This document shows, in pieces, positions 47,360 through 59,797 of a DNA stretch of 64,000 nucleotides. Both the position numbers and the translations under genes were made by a program. Numbering within the stretch: position 1 is the first letter of the stretch; every line of letters starts with the position of its first letter. Where the stretch lies: contig ML978130.1 in NCBI GenBank assembly GCA_010015805.1, positions 434,001-498,000 on the forward strand, written 5' to 3'. A model generated the notes under the pieces. The model was given only the letters and a program-made list of their open reading frames with translations. It was not told where the DNA came from and ran no database searches. This stretch comes from Rhizodiscina lignyota. Taxonomy: Eukaryota.

Positions 47360-48575
47360 ATGCGGGCACGACTCTTTTTCCGTCCTGTCAGCGTCGTCAT
47401 TCCAATTGCGAAAAGCGTCGCTCGCTCCTACAAGATCAAAACATTTCAACAGCAACACTTCGTGTCTCACAGAGTGCTTTCAACGATGGCTCCCTTCCCG
47501 CAGCGCATGATTGGCGACGACAAGGTTTCCGCCTTGGGCCTTGGTTGTATGGGCATGTCGCAGGCGTATTCAAGCTATGGAGGCTATGATGACGAGGAGT
47601 CTTTGGCTACTTTGACAGCGTCTGCTGATATGGGCATGACTTTCGTAAGTGCATTGACATTAGCAATTTAAAGCTGCTCTGTGCTGACATCACCGCAAGT
47701 GGGACACGAGTGATATTTACGGACCGCACACCAACGAGCTGTTGCTCGGAAAATGGTTCAAGGAGACTGGACGGAGAAAGGAAATCTTTCTCGCCACGAA
47801 ATTTGGCAATTGCCGGGATGCAAGCGGCCAGCCGACTGTTAGAGGCGAACCGGCCTACGTTAAGGAAGCTTGCGCAGGCAGCTTGAAGCGCCTTGGTGTT
47901 GATGTAATCGATCTGTACTACCAACATCGTGTCGACGATAAGGTTCCGATCGAGGAGACCGTCGGCGCGATGGCTGAACTGAAGAAAGAAGGCAAAATCC
48001 GGTATCTTGGCCTATCCGAGTGCTCAGAGCGAACTCTGCGACGCGCACATGCTGTTCATCCAATCGCCGCGATCCAGATGGAGTATTCTCCGTTCGCGTT
48101 GGAGATTGAGTCTGATCAGGTTGGTCTGCTGAAGGCAGCACGAGAGCTCGGTGTCAAGATCGTGGCCTATTCACCCCTTGGACGCGGCTTCTTGACCGGA
48201 ACCATCAAGAGCCCGGACGACTTTGACGCGAAGGACAATCGCAAAAACCACCCGAGGTTTTCAGCAGAGAATTTCCCGGAAAACAACAAGCTCGTCAAGA
48301 CACTCGCCGGCATTGCGGAGAAGAAGGGCGTCACGCCCAGCCAGCTGGTCCTCGCATGGGTTTTGGCTCAAGGTGACGATTTCATCCCGATTCCCGGCAC
48401 CAAGCGCAGAAAGTACTTGGTAGAGAATGCACACGCAGTTGAAGTAAAGCTTTCCGATGCTGAAGTACAGGAGATTAGGAAGGAGATTGAGAAGGCTGGA
48501 GGCGGGAAGGGCGCTCGTTACCCGCCCGCCATGATGGCGAAGTGCTTTGGAGACAGCCCGGAGTTGAAGAAGTAG
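47360..48575 (+). CDS. Aldo-keto reductase (YakC-like), 2 exons; second ATG at 47486
   Basis: VSALGLGCMGMS, F/WDTSDIYG, FLATKFG, IDLYYQHRVD, YLGLSE, VAYSPLGRG, PIPGTKR. Confidence 0.95.
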
Positions 48576-48961
48576 TGAGCCCCAAGGCTTTGTATTCCAT
48601 TTAGGATAGGTAAACAAGAAAGAGACTCCGCAACGCGAGTCTCCTGCCCTGCGTATCTCCTGCCCTGAGCACACAGTTATGAAGTTGCGAGCAGAAACCA
48701 TTCGTAGCCAAGTCCGACTTTCGTATCCAGTTGCAACCTCTACCCGCACTTAATCAAGCCCGATATTGCCCCCACCTTATCCCATTCCTTGTCGTGTGCA
48801 GCATTCAGTTCGCACCGTGAGAAAGACAGCTGCTGCCCATCTGGCACACTCCAGATAAAGCACGTGCCTATGGAAACAGCAAACATGAGTAGGGGAACCC
48901 ATTGAAGAAGTCGAGGGGACTAGTTGTGGCACGCTATTGATATTCAACATCTTTCGTGGGC

Positions 48962-49357
48962 TCAACCGACAATCACATCGGGGAAGGTCCTAATGAGCCA
49001 AAAGCTCTCCCAATGCGCCCAAAGCACAAAGTGGTGAAACGATGGCATATACAAAGTCCAGGGCACGCCTCCAAACACACGCACGGAGCGATATTCAAGG
49101 ATAAGCGTGTAAAATCGGGCCGGCAACTTGTGTTTCAGGTCCTGCCTAATCGTGCGACAGGTGGCGAGGAGAGCGCGAAGGGTCGAGGTTGACTTCATGT
49201 TCACACCCGAGCACGTGGAGTTTGCGCTATCGAGATGTATGTTGGTGGGCTTTTGAAACTCGATCGCGTGTTCCAGTATCTCTTGTCGGAGTTCATAGGG
49301 CAACTCTAAGAGTCGAAAATGCGGTGAGGTAGGTGTCTCGATGGTCAAATCAGTCAT
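48962..49357 (-). CDS. Short or truncated F-box-like protein
   Basis: FRLLELPYELRQEILEHAI...ALLATCRTIRQD; 3' structure uncertain. Confidence 0.55.
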   Translation of the reverse strand: MTDLTIETPTSPHFRLLELPYELRQEILEHAIEFQKPTNIHLDSANSTCSGVNMKSTSTLRALLATCRTIRQDLKHKLPARFYTLILEYRSVRVFGGVPWTLYMPSFHHFVLWAHWESFWLIRTFPDVIVG

Positions 49358-50979
49358 GATGAAGTCTAAGGTAAGAAGTAAGACAGTTCGGTGCAGTTTT
49401 GTGACTGTCGCTATGGCTGAGCGAAGCGAATGTCAGTATCTGGAGCAAGCAGCGTCGACATACTTTGGTTTGTTGTTTGTGTTAATGTTCGGTGAGGTTT
49501 CTACTTTCTTTCGTGGAAGAAAGGAAAAGAACAAGTGTAGTGTTCTGGGGAGAGTTTAATTTAAAAGAAATATGACTTGGCACAAGAGTATTTAAATGTT
49601 AACGACATGGAAACCCAAACACACTACCTGCCCCGCCTGCGCGCCTCTGGCCAATGGAAAACGAATTGCTGCCTCCAACTCTACGGAGGAGCCAGTTTAC
49701 GGTGAGTGAATAATGTACATAGCCACCATTGTGCAGTTCCCTTCTGCAATTCCCAGAAGCTTCCGCATATAAGTGAGTTCAAATTTGATACTGTGAGGAG
49801 GTAGCTTACGAAACCTGCCTCAGAAGATTTACTTCCTGTTATCGTAAAAAAAGAGTTGATTAAAAATTTCATACGCTCACGAGAAATTAGCTCCTTTGTG
49901 ACACACATCGTAACAAGAGTCATCCAATCTACAAGGCTCTTAGCATCTCTTGTGCTCTCAACATGGTTTAGAACATAACCTGTCCTGCATCGTTACCTCT
50001 CGCACTCCGTTTCCTTCAAATGCCGTTGTAAAAGTCACTGTCTGGTCAATCTGTCGTCCGAAGATATACTGCTGATCGCGGTCCAGGATAAGTTTTGAGC
50101 TTTACCAGAACGAGAGTTTGGACGACAAACAGTCCAGCACGAATAAGCGTGAGAAGAATGCTCACAAAGAGGATGGATTTGGACATGGGTGCTTGAGCTG
50201 GATGTCGTTTTGGGCTCTGACGTTTGAAATTATCGAGCTTTGGGACAGAAGCCGACGTCGGCAAGACTTGAGACTTGGGAACGCTTTCCAACTCAGCGGC
50301 CTGCACTGAAGCTCATGGTCACAATCTTATTATGCACATTTCCCGTTGGACGAAGGTGAGTCAAATGAAGGAATCAACGAAAGAAGACGCCAAAGTGAAC
50401 CCTTCGAACATCTACAATTGCTTGTTGGCAGCTATCCGAAGACATCTGGAATTGGTTGGGCATCGGGCCCTTTACGAGATGTGGCGCACTGGAATACGAG
50501 GCCACCTCGTGCAGTGTCAAGATGCTTGATTGGAGAGTGGCACAGCAGCGTCGGCAGCAAAAGAGCATGGAGACAAAGGGCAGGATTCAGCTGCTCGGTA
50601 TGTAGGATGTCCAAAGTGCCGCGTTGACGTTGATATCGATGACGGGTACGAGGGTAGCGGAAAGCCTATTTTCAGGGGCAGCACATTGTCCAGTGTGCGG
50701 TCTCATGTAAGCAAGGAAGGCCTGGTGGAGCGGATCACGTGCGCCGACAGGGCCTTTTCTCGGTTTTTCGCATTTTAACCGAAGGCAACGTCTGTGGATG
50801 GATGCCCATGCATCGAGAGACTGGGAAGGACGGTAGCAGCGACACCCAATTGTCGCGGTGTCGCCTTGCTGCTTTGCAGATGCCCTCCAATCTCCACTCC
50901 ATTCCCTCACGCATTGCGATGGCTTCACCTTGCATGCGGAATACACGGCACTCTCCCGCGGGCGTTTCATGACACGAAA

Positions 50980-53900
50980 ATGTCCGCGTCGCCGCGCTTA
51001 TCGGCAGACGCCGAGACACCCATGAAGAGGCTCAAGAACGCCGGCACGCCAGAGCGCTTCGTGTGCGACCAATGTCAGCGCTCGTTCGGACGCGTCGAAC
51101 ATCTCAAGAGACATCTTGGCAGCCATACGGAGGAGCGCCCGTTCAGATGCTCAATATGCAACAAAAGCTTTCTTCGGAACGACACCCTCCAGCGTCACGA
51201 GCAGATCCACAACGACGACAATGTAAAGCTAAAGCCGAAAGGAGCTCGAGCTTGCCTAGAATGCGCCGCTGCGAAGGTCAAGTGCTCCAACACTGTCCCG
51301 TGTGCGCGGTGTAGCCACAAGTCTCTTGTCTGCAATTATCCGACATCGGGACCACCTCCTTCAGTCGCGGAGCCGAGAGGACCGCCTTGCGGCTACAAAG
51401 TCGATTTCAGTCCTGGTGGAGTTGACCAAGATTCCACCAGCAACACCACCAGTGAGCCTCTGCCATTCGGTACTGCGACGGGAATCGCACAGCTTGCCGA
51501 CAGATCACCCGTCGAGCGTGTCTCAGCGAGTACATCAAAGCCCGCAGTGACCAATTCGCAAGATTATCACAGTAATGCTGGATATACTGTGACAAGCCGC
51601 CCCTTTAAACGATCGTCCACTGCTGGAAGCATTTCAAATCCAGCCGATGTTCAACTTTCGCAAGTTTCACCCGACGCTTGGGAACAGAAGAATTTGCGAG
51701 GGAAGAATTGGATGTCAAACTCGCACACGTCCGATCCTGGCACTGGACCTATCCTGACTCCCGTATCAAAAGACAGCCCATCGCAGCCCAAGAGCCACGT
51801 TCCAGTTAGGGTAGGAGGAGGAAGCAGTTCATCTAGAACGGGCGACGACAGCTCTACGAGTGCCAGCAAGAAGTGGCTTGAAACCGTTACCGGAGATCCG
51901 CCAGTTGCAAAACTTGCAAGTTCTTCATCACGATCTTCACAGCCGCATTCCGGCACAAGTGAATATTATGTCGAGGGGGATGGTTCGCGCCTCGCCAAGA
52001 TGAGCTACAGGCGAAGGCCTAATAATGTCCGGCAAGGCTCGCAACCCAATCTGGACACCAAAAGCTCAGCCGTAACTTCAGATGGAGGCTATGGATTTCC
52101 ATCCACGCCGATCCCCTGGCGCGAGATACCTACCCTGCAAGTTTCCCCAAGACAGCTTCTTGATGACAAGACGTACCAAATCCTTCGAAAGCACTTTGAG
52201 ATTCTTTGCCTTAAGGAATACATCTCTCATCCAGCGTTTGTTTCCGATCATTTTCCAACCCGTGACAACTTCAACATGCTCATCTTGCTTTATCTGGAGT
52301 CTTTTCAGCCAATCTTGCCAATTTTCCACGTTCCATCACTCAATCTATCTCAATCCCACTGGATTATATCCCTTGCCATGGCTTCAATCGGATGTCAGTT
52401 TACTGAGATGGAAAATTATGATCCCTTCTCATCATCAATATACGAGTTCCTCTATCGCGCCATTATGTACGAGGTATGATGAATCTTCAGACCGCTGAAT
52501 GTTGCTGTTTACTAAACTACCCTGAAGGACGAGAATGAGCTCGCACCTTCGAGCGCGCGGCCTCTGGAGATAGCTCAGGCGAGGCTTGTCCTGTCCCTCT
52601 CCCTCACTTACTCTCATATGGGGAGCGAGTTGATCTATAAAAGAGCTAGATCGATTCATAAAGACTTGGCACACTTCTGTTACCGTGAATGGTACAACGG
52701 AACTGCTGACACAGAAGTCCAGCTGCCTGACGATTCAAATCGTGAAGCTGTGACGATAGCCTGGTACAAATGGAAGGACGCGGAGCTCACACGGCGGATG
52801 GGATACTCTGTTTGGGTGAGTTCCACGTCGTTTGTTTCTTTTCCCTGTTCTCAATGGCACTGTTAACGGTTCTACAGTTACTGGACTGCATACTAGCGTA
52901 TCACATCAACCACAGACCGCGGCTTGAAATAAGAGATGCAACAGTTCCTCTGCCATGTGCGGAGTTATTGTGGGAGGCTAAGACCGCAATGCAATGGCAA
53001 CAAGCTCTGCCTTATTCGGCGCGTGAGTAAACTTCCTCGACAAATCTTCACTCTCTAACAAACAGCACAGCTTCTCCTTCACTTGCTTCTGCTCTCGAGA
53101 GCATTTACATCGAGAAGAAGTTGCAGCCCACAATGGGCGAATTTAGCCGCATCATCATGATACACGGGCTGTACCAGCGCCTCTATGAAGTCAGAAAACA
53201 CTTGACACAGCCACTCACATATTGGACGCCGACCGCGGCACGAGCAAAGCCGGAAGAAGTTATCCCGAAAGACTTGTGGCTTCCTGGGATACCGATGTAC
53301 TGTAACTGGCGCAACAGCACCTGTGACAGTCTAGATATTTTGCACTGGAGCGCTAGCAGTGTTATTGGCGCTGCTTCTGGCATGGAGCATCCCACCGTTG
53401 CGCATCTCCACTTGTCGCGGGTTATTCTCCTCATACCAATTGAGGACATTCAAAGATTCGCTTGCGGAATTTCCGGCGTCAGGGTCGCACCACGCGAACA
53501 GATTTCCGCTCTTCGTAAGGTTGTCCGTCGTTGGGCGCTTGAGGACTATCACAAAGCTCGGCTTGCCATCGTCCACGCTGGCTGCATATTCTGGCACATC
53601 CGGCGATATTCTGCAAGCGCTTTTTACGAGCCTCATGCAGTACTTCTTGCGGGACTTTCTTTGTGGGCATACGGTATGTTCACGGATCGCGAGCATTCGG
53701 AACCAGAAGCCACAGAGCCTTCGTTTGCCGAAGATGAGACATCGCTGCCTGCCTCGATCAACCTTGACAGGCCATGTGATGATGAGCTGATACAGACGTT
53801 CATCAGAAGAGGTGGGAAAATGCTGGCCATGATGAGTGGAGTGGGAGATGTGTGCAGCCTTGAGGGCCCGAAGCGGATACTAGAGGAGGCGATCAAGCTA

Positions 53901-53996
53901 TTGAGGACATTGACGAATTGGGGTTGCAGCGGGAATGCCATAAGGATTTTGAAGAGCCTGTCGCAGGTTTCGAGACAGACCGTGTTGGCCGAGTAA
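50980..53996 (+). CDS. Transcription factor with two C2H2 fingers, a Zn2Cys6 cluster and a fungal-specific TF domain, 4 exons
   Basis: [100 protein letters not shown]. Confidence 0.95.
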
Positions 53997-54080
53997 TACC
54001 CTAATACCAATTTCTAATTTTCATCCGTTTCCCGAGACAAATTGCATCGCTGCAAGCTGAACTTCAGATACCCGCCGCAC

Positions 54081-54785
54081 CTAATAGTCCAGAGAGAATG
54101 GCTCCATTGCATCAATCATCACCTTCCACTCATCCTTCGAAACATTCAGCACCTTGTCTTGAAGGGCTCGCATATAATCCATGCTCAAGTCTTTGAACGC
54201 CACAGATTCCAGGAATCGCAGACCCTGGCCCAGCCAATAGCCGCCAATCCACGTCTCCAACACCTCGTTCTCCAGGTCGATAAAATATCCCCACTCAATA
54301 TCTACGCGGTAGCACGCGTAGGTTGTGTCGTCGACGAGCTGCTTCAACGTGCCATCCCTAATGTGTTGGAGTATCTTCGTGCCTGGGATCCGGAAGATGA
54401 GGTCTTCCCAGGTAAGAACATCCCCAATAAACAAGGAGGGCCAGAGGTTCTCATAGTACTTCTGCACCTCTCCGCTGAGCTCCGCCGGTCTGACCCATGC
54501 GATCTGAACGACATTAGTGATCATTTGCATACTATGTTTCCGGATTTTGAGATACAGCATACCTTGTCAATGTGCTCGATCATGGCGCGTTTCTCTACCT
54601 CAAAGAGCGTGAGCAGGAACTCGACGATATTCTATTGCAGTTAGCTTGAACGCTTTCAGTCTTGATGCTTATTAGTGCAGAAGGAGGTTTACCTAGCCTT
54701 GATCTGCAGGACGTGAACCGTACCGAGTGAAATAGGCTTTGCGTTTGCCGTGAGATTTGAAGCCGATGACCTCTTTGCCGCCCAT
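54081..54785 (-). pseudogene. Paralog of 46206..46875 with an in-frame TAG
   Basis: IGFKSHGKRKA...ADQG*|NIVEFLL...EWGYFIDLENEVLETW. The TAG at 54693-54695 aligns with Q in the paralog; two introns. Confidence 0.7.
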
Positions 54786-55446
54786 TTTGAGATGTTTGAT
54801 GTTCTTCCAAGTAGTCGGATTGTTCAGGATAGATTCCCGATTTGAGTCGAAAGGGAAGAGAGTGTTGGAGTTGAAATATTGTATAACAGCCCCAAAGCGC
54901 ACGGCTTCCTAAGTGAAGGTAGTCCGTGGGGTTTGGCAAACACGCTCCGCATCTAGCGAATGCAGAGTCACTCAAATTAGATGTACTGCAAATGAAACGC
55001 CTATTGTGAACAATAACGCGGGAAGAGCCCAAATTCGCCCAACCATCGCACTTCCCTCCGACCAATTTCCCATTGTCGATGGAGCAATGCCATACTATAG
55101 CTCTCTCAAATTCGCCAACCTAATACTTCTGCTAAGATGTTTCACACTTCTTTATCACGTACGCAAGTTTCAAGCAAAACTCATCTGAGCGACTTCCATG
55201 TTTCACTGAGCTAGGTCGGTATCGCAACTAAGCTCTTCCGCAGAGCGACTATATATAGATCGAAAATGGTTAAAGCAGCAGATCGTTAGCTCAGTGCATT
55301 AGCGAAAGCATATCAAATCAAATGCTGTCCAGTTCAACGCCATCCACACAGAATCTCATTTCATGACTTTTCATCAGATCCCGTCCCATCCAAATCTCGA
55401 TTTCGACCTGCGGCGAAGTGACGAATCCTCCTCACTCCACAATCGT

Positions 55447-56552
55447 TTACGCCTCCCCTAATCGAATCGCTTGTCCAGTTTCGTCGAAGACTGTAATCTC
55501 TTCGAGCATTTTGAAATCCGAAACTGTGACGGAGGGTACCATGACTTGTTCAAAGGCAATCTCTTTCTTCGCGTAAAACATTTCGGGAAGTTTGTTAGTC
55601 CAGCAAGCCCAGTACCGACCACTCACACTCTCAATCTCGCCAAAGATGTCCACTTTCCTACTCTCTGCGTCCGACCGCAGAAGAGAATTGCCGAATTCAT
55701 CATCAAAACACGTAATAATCGTGTAGGTTCTTGTGTAGGTGTGAACTTGGATTCCGCGTGTACCAAGTTTTCGGCCTCCGCGGAGCAATTTCGATCGTAT
55801 AAAAACCAGAAAGGATCCAAGTGTTACGAGCCGATCTCTGTCACATCCATATTCATCAATATCAGCGCTACATATCTTCAGGCGCAAAGATTTCAAATCT
55901 TTCACGTTCCAGAAGGATCTCATCCACTGCAGGTCCTGTTCGAAGTCGATCTTATCGCTCCGACTGGGGCGGCGGTGACTGGGGATATGAGTCCAAGGGA
56001 ACTGACCCGTGTTTGGCAAATTTCCCCAGTAAAAATGGAGGCCGAGATGCTTCAATTGCAGCTGCTCAGCTAGGGTGCGTCCTAACGCGGGGTAGAGCTG
56101 GGCTCCATGTTCTAGCCGAAGGCCAACGTCAAATTCGATAGAGGTGATGGAGCGAAGGCATGTCGCACGCCGGCTGAGTAAGAAGTCGTGGCACAGTCTC
56201 CCTCCATCAAGACCACTTTCGAGCAGTTCAGCAGCACTGCTGAACTGAAAGATATTCGAGGAGTAGAATACCGGCATGGCTTCGTCATGGATATGACGGG
56301 AAACAAGGAGTAGGTTGAGAGATGGGACGCAATCTGGGACTTGCAATGATCCTCCCCAGGTGCGGTATGAGGGACCTTTGAATGAAGGTCAGTTTCTTGA
56401 TGGATCACAGTGAGAGCAATGTCATTAGACTTGCATCGGTTATCGCGCAAACGCCGAGACCGAAAGCAAATGTGCTCACGCGTTAACGCGTACGTGTATA
56501 CAATATCGCGCACTTCTCGAGGCAGATCAAAGAAGTGAAGATTTCGAGCCAT
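55447..56552 (-). CDS. F-box-like tandem family member 1 (GC-AG intron 56434..56376)
   Basis: FFDLPREVRDIVYTYAL; LLLVSRHIHDEAMPVFYSSNIFQF; DDEFGNSLL. Confidence 0.8.
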
Positions 56553-56906
56553 TGTTGCATGACGGTGCCGAAAACGTTGTTGGATGAAGAAAGCTGCGGG
56601 GAAGCGGTACGTACTGTAGATTTGCGTTCGACGCCAAGCGCGCCCCACGAAAGGCGCGGTCAGTCACACACTACGATAGAGGTTCAGGATTCCGGAGAGT
56701 GTCGCGCAAGCACAGATCTAAAGCCACATCGGGTGGAACAGGATCTTGTAGGTCTTGAAAGCTTGAACTTCGCATAGATACAATTAGTGGTAGACGGCAA
56801 AACACTGCCACATTGGTATGGTATATTTGTCAAAGCAAATGAAATGTAGTTCCGGTTCAATCCCTTCTGCTGATGGCTTCGCTGTCTATTGAGGTGTCAA
56901 CTTCCA

Positions 56907-58072
56907 TTATTCTTCATCTGTTTCATCTGTTTCATCTGCTCCATCTGCTCCATCTGCTCCATCTGCTCCATCTGCTTCATCTGCTTCTCCGAAGACCATT
57001 GTGCCAGTATCGTCATAGACGCGGACGTTGTTCAACGCTCCTGGTTTGAAGTCGGAGGCTTTCACCACAGGTACCATGACATCCTGCAAGAGATGTTCCG
57101 CGCCAAAAATGTCGCTTGCATCAGAGGTATCAGACGCATCGTCGAGTTGATCCTGAAAGGCATCTCTCACACTTCCACTCTCGCCGAATATGTCAAATTT
57201 TCTGCTGTCTGAATCGCAACTCAGAAGGCAATTGCCAAACTGATCGTCGTAGGTCGTCATCAGTTTGAGATAATGGGTGTAATTGTGCATCTGAATTCCA
57301 TGTGTCCCGATCGCGTTACCTCCTCGTAGCATTCTGGTCCGGAGAAGCATCAGAAATGCAGCGTATGATAGGAGGACATCATCATGGTCGCGATCAACTC
57401 GATCGTATATGTTAATCCTCAAGCGAAGCGATTGTAAGTTCTTCACGCTCCAGAAGCATTCCATCTCTGGGCAGTCCTCTTTCCTGTTCACGATCACACC
57501 TCTCTCGCTAGGATTCTCTAGCCAAGGGAACTTTCGGACGTCTGGTATATTTTCGTAGTAAAAGCTTAGCCCGAGATGCTTTAATGTTAGCTGTCGAGCT
57601 AGAGCACGACCTAAAGACGAGCATGGCGCCATGCCGAGGCGTTTGATGTCTAACTCAATTGATGTAATAAAGCGAAGGCATTCTGCACGGCGATCAAGAA
57701 GGAAATTCAGAGGGGTTTCGAATTGCAGATACAAGCCACTGTCGTCCTCGCTGAACTGAAAAATATTTGAATAGAACACAGGCGAAGCTTCGTTATGTAT
57801 CTGACGGCAAACGAGGAGTAGGTTCACGCTGGGAAGGTCCTCTGGAGTCCGTAACGACTTTTCCCAAGTGCGATACGAAGAATAACCTGAAACTAGAGGT
57901 CAATCGGCTATCACCCATGTAAGAGAGAAACATGGGGCTTACCCAGCTCGTCAGAAAGTCTACCGTTATTTAGACGAGACCGAAAGCAAATGGCTCGCCG
58001 CTCTAATGCGAATTTGTACACCATGTCTCGTAGCTCCTGAGGCAGGTCGAAGAACTGAAGATGTCGCGCCAT
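56907..58072 (-). CDS. F-box-like tandem family member 2 (GT-AG intron 57942..57887)
   Basis: FFDLPQELRDMVYKFAL; LLLVCRQIHNEASPVFYSNIFQF; DDQFGNCLL. Confidence 0.82.
56913..56987. repeat. Coding 9-bp tandem repeat (about 8 units of CATCTGYTY)
   Basis: Encodes the (A/T)D(E/G) acidic tail of member 2. Confidence 0.85.
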
Positions 58073-58109
58073 TGTTGCGTGGCGGCGGTTGTTGGATGAA
58101 GAAAGAAAG

Positions 58110-58410
58110 CTGCTGGAAGTCGTTGGATTGGATTTCTTAAGCTTCGCCGTTGGGCGGGAAACGCGCTTTCCCCATTCGGATTTACGGTTCACTAGCGCGT
58201 CCCTTAACGCACGTGGGCACGTAAACACTGAATTAAATAAGGCACCTAGCTCATTTTGTTCTCTCTCCGCTGCCATGTAGATACTAGGTTCAGAATCACA
58301 ATTCTCACAAAGCAAGCCTATCTACTACCAGCACTTTCTCTTCGGGGACTCTTATTAAACGTGCCTTCGCAATCAGGTTAAATACAACGTCCGCGTCTCG
58401 TAGGTAGCCT
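58110..58410. repeat. Direct repeat, copy A (pairs with 62013..62285)
   Basis: Identical blocks: aatacaacgtccgcgtctcgtaggtag at 58381-58407 and 62255-62281; ctcattttgttctctctccgct at 58250-58271 and 62141-62162. Confidence 0.92.
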
Positions 58411-58480
58411 TCGAGCCCATCTCATAACGAAACGCTAAGTCGCTCTGGATGCCCATTCGACGATATCACCAATTTCCAGA
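58373..58480 (-). pseudogene. 3' remnant of a fourth F-box-like family copy
   Basis: MGIQSDLAFRYEMGSKATYETRTLYLT* versus GVQESDF...KTTYETRTLYWCW* in member 3. Confidence 0.7.
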
Positions 58481-58900
58481 AAGAGTGGGTTCGAACTAGC
58501 TATGAAAGAGAAAAAAGTCTCAAATTGAAGCGACTTGCGCACACTACTTGGAGTTGGCGTTGCGGCCCGAGTCCTGGAAATGCGCTGAACAACGATCTTG
58601 AGGCATATTTAAGCAACTTTCGACAGAACAGACTTCGAAGCGTAAGACAGATTCGCTAAGGAGGTGAAGAACTTACACGTAGAAAGTTCGGATTGAGTCA
58701 TGTCTCCGCATTGTTTAACGTAGTCTCTTGCACTACAATCTTCCACTTCTACCAGCTCATCGAAATATTCCACCCATCGAATTGGTCTATCTGTGCACAC
58801 TATCCTCGAAGCAAACACCAATCACGCAGATTGCTACTGCGACTTCTCTCTCTTTCTCAAAGCTCTGTACCACATAACTTGCCATATCGATATCGACAGC

Positions 58901-59347
58901 ATGTCCAAGTCCGGCATGACGATGTCTATGTCCACATCTCCAACAAACACCATGTCGGGGATGTCCATGGCCAGTTCAACGGGCAGCTCCATGCCCATGT
59001 CCTCGTCATCTAGTATGATGATGATGGGGATAGACTCAATGACTATGACGTTCTTCACTTCGACAAGTACGCCTCTCCATTCCTCGTCCTGAACTCCCAA
59101 CTCAACAGAGCAGTATGCTGGAACTTGTAAATTTCTGATGGCTTTAGCGACCATCTTCTGGGCTTTGTTGGCAGTCCGGATCCACATCTTCGAAGTCCTG
59201 GCCGTGGTCAAACACTGGCGCACTGAAGGTGTCGTACATCCATATGCGGCTGATGCCAAACCAAAGATCCGTCCATGGAGAATCAATGAAGCTGTAGTGC
59301 TGGCGTCTTTGGATGTCGGTCTTCCAGGTGTCGGATATATACTGTGA
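58901..59347 (+). pseudogene. Ctr-type copper transporter pseudogene
   Basis: Met-rich N-terminus, MTFFTSTSTPLHSSS*TPNSTEQYAGTCKFL (TGA at 59090-59092 where W is expected), RPWR...GVGYIL. It ends before the MxxxM motif. Confidence 0.8.
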
Positions 59348-59467
59348 GGACAAAACGCCAGATCAGAACTCAGAGGGCAGACTATATCTCGGGAATGAAG
59401 AGGATATTGTCCTTGCCCGTGTGGGCAAACAGGTTACAGGACCCTAGCCATTTTATGGCGCAATGAG

Positions 59468-59725
59468 ATGTTTCGCAAAGCTCCACCAGACCTACTCATT
59501 TTTGATAACATCCACAGAGAATACAATAGACGCGCTACTGAGCCTTGCACGTACGACATCAAGCACTATCTCCTTAGTGCAGGTCACGGCTCCATCGTGA
59601 CCACTACTCGACTAGCACAACTCGAGCAGCTCGGAGATTCACATGAGCTCTGGAAGGTCGATAGAGCTCGAAACTCAAGCCATCCTGGAGAGCTAGTACG
59701 GTGGTGCGTGGAAAGTGTGGTATAG
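59468..59725 (+). pseudogene. NB-ARC (fungal NLR-like) gene fragment
   Basis: Walker-B-like LLIFDNI...YDIKHYL...HGSIVTTTRLAQLEQLG; no P-loop or repeats nearby. Confidence 0.7.
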
Positions 59726-59797
59726 TACTGCCAAATCATGCAGCATTCAAATTGCATCTGGTCCTTATTACATGACAAGTCACTTTAGACTCGAATC

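Noticed and set aside
56889..57212. Plus-strand ORF with CFI/CSI cysteine repeats
   Set aside because: It is the antisense reading of the 9-bp repeat in the acidic tail of array member 2.
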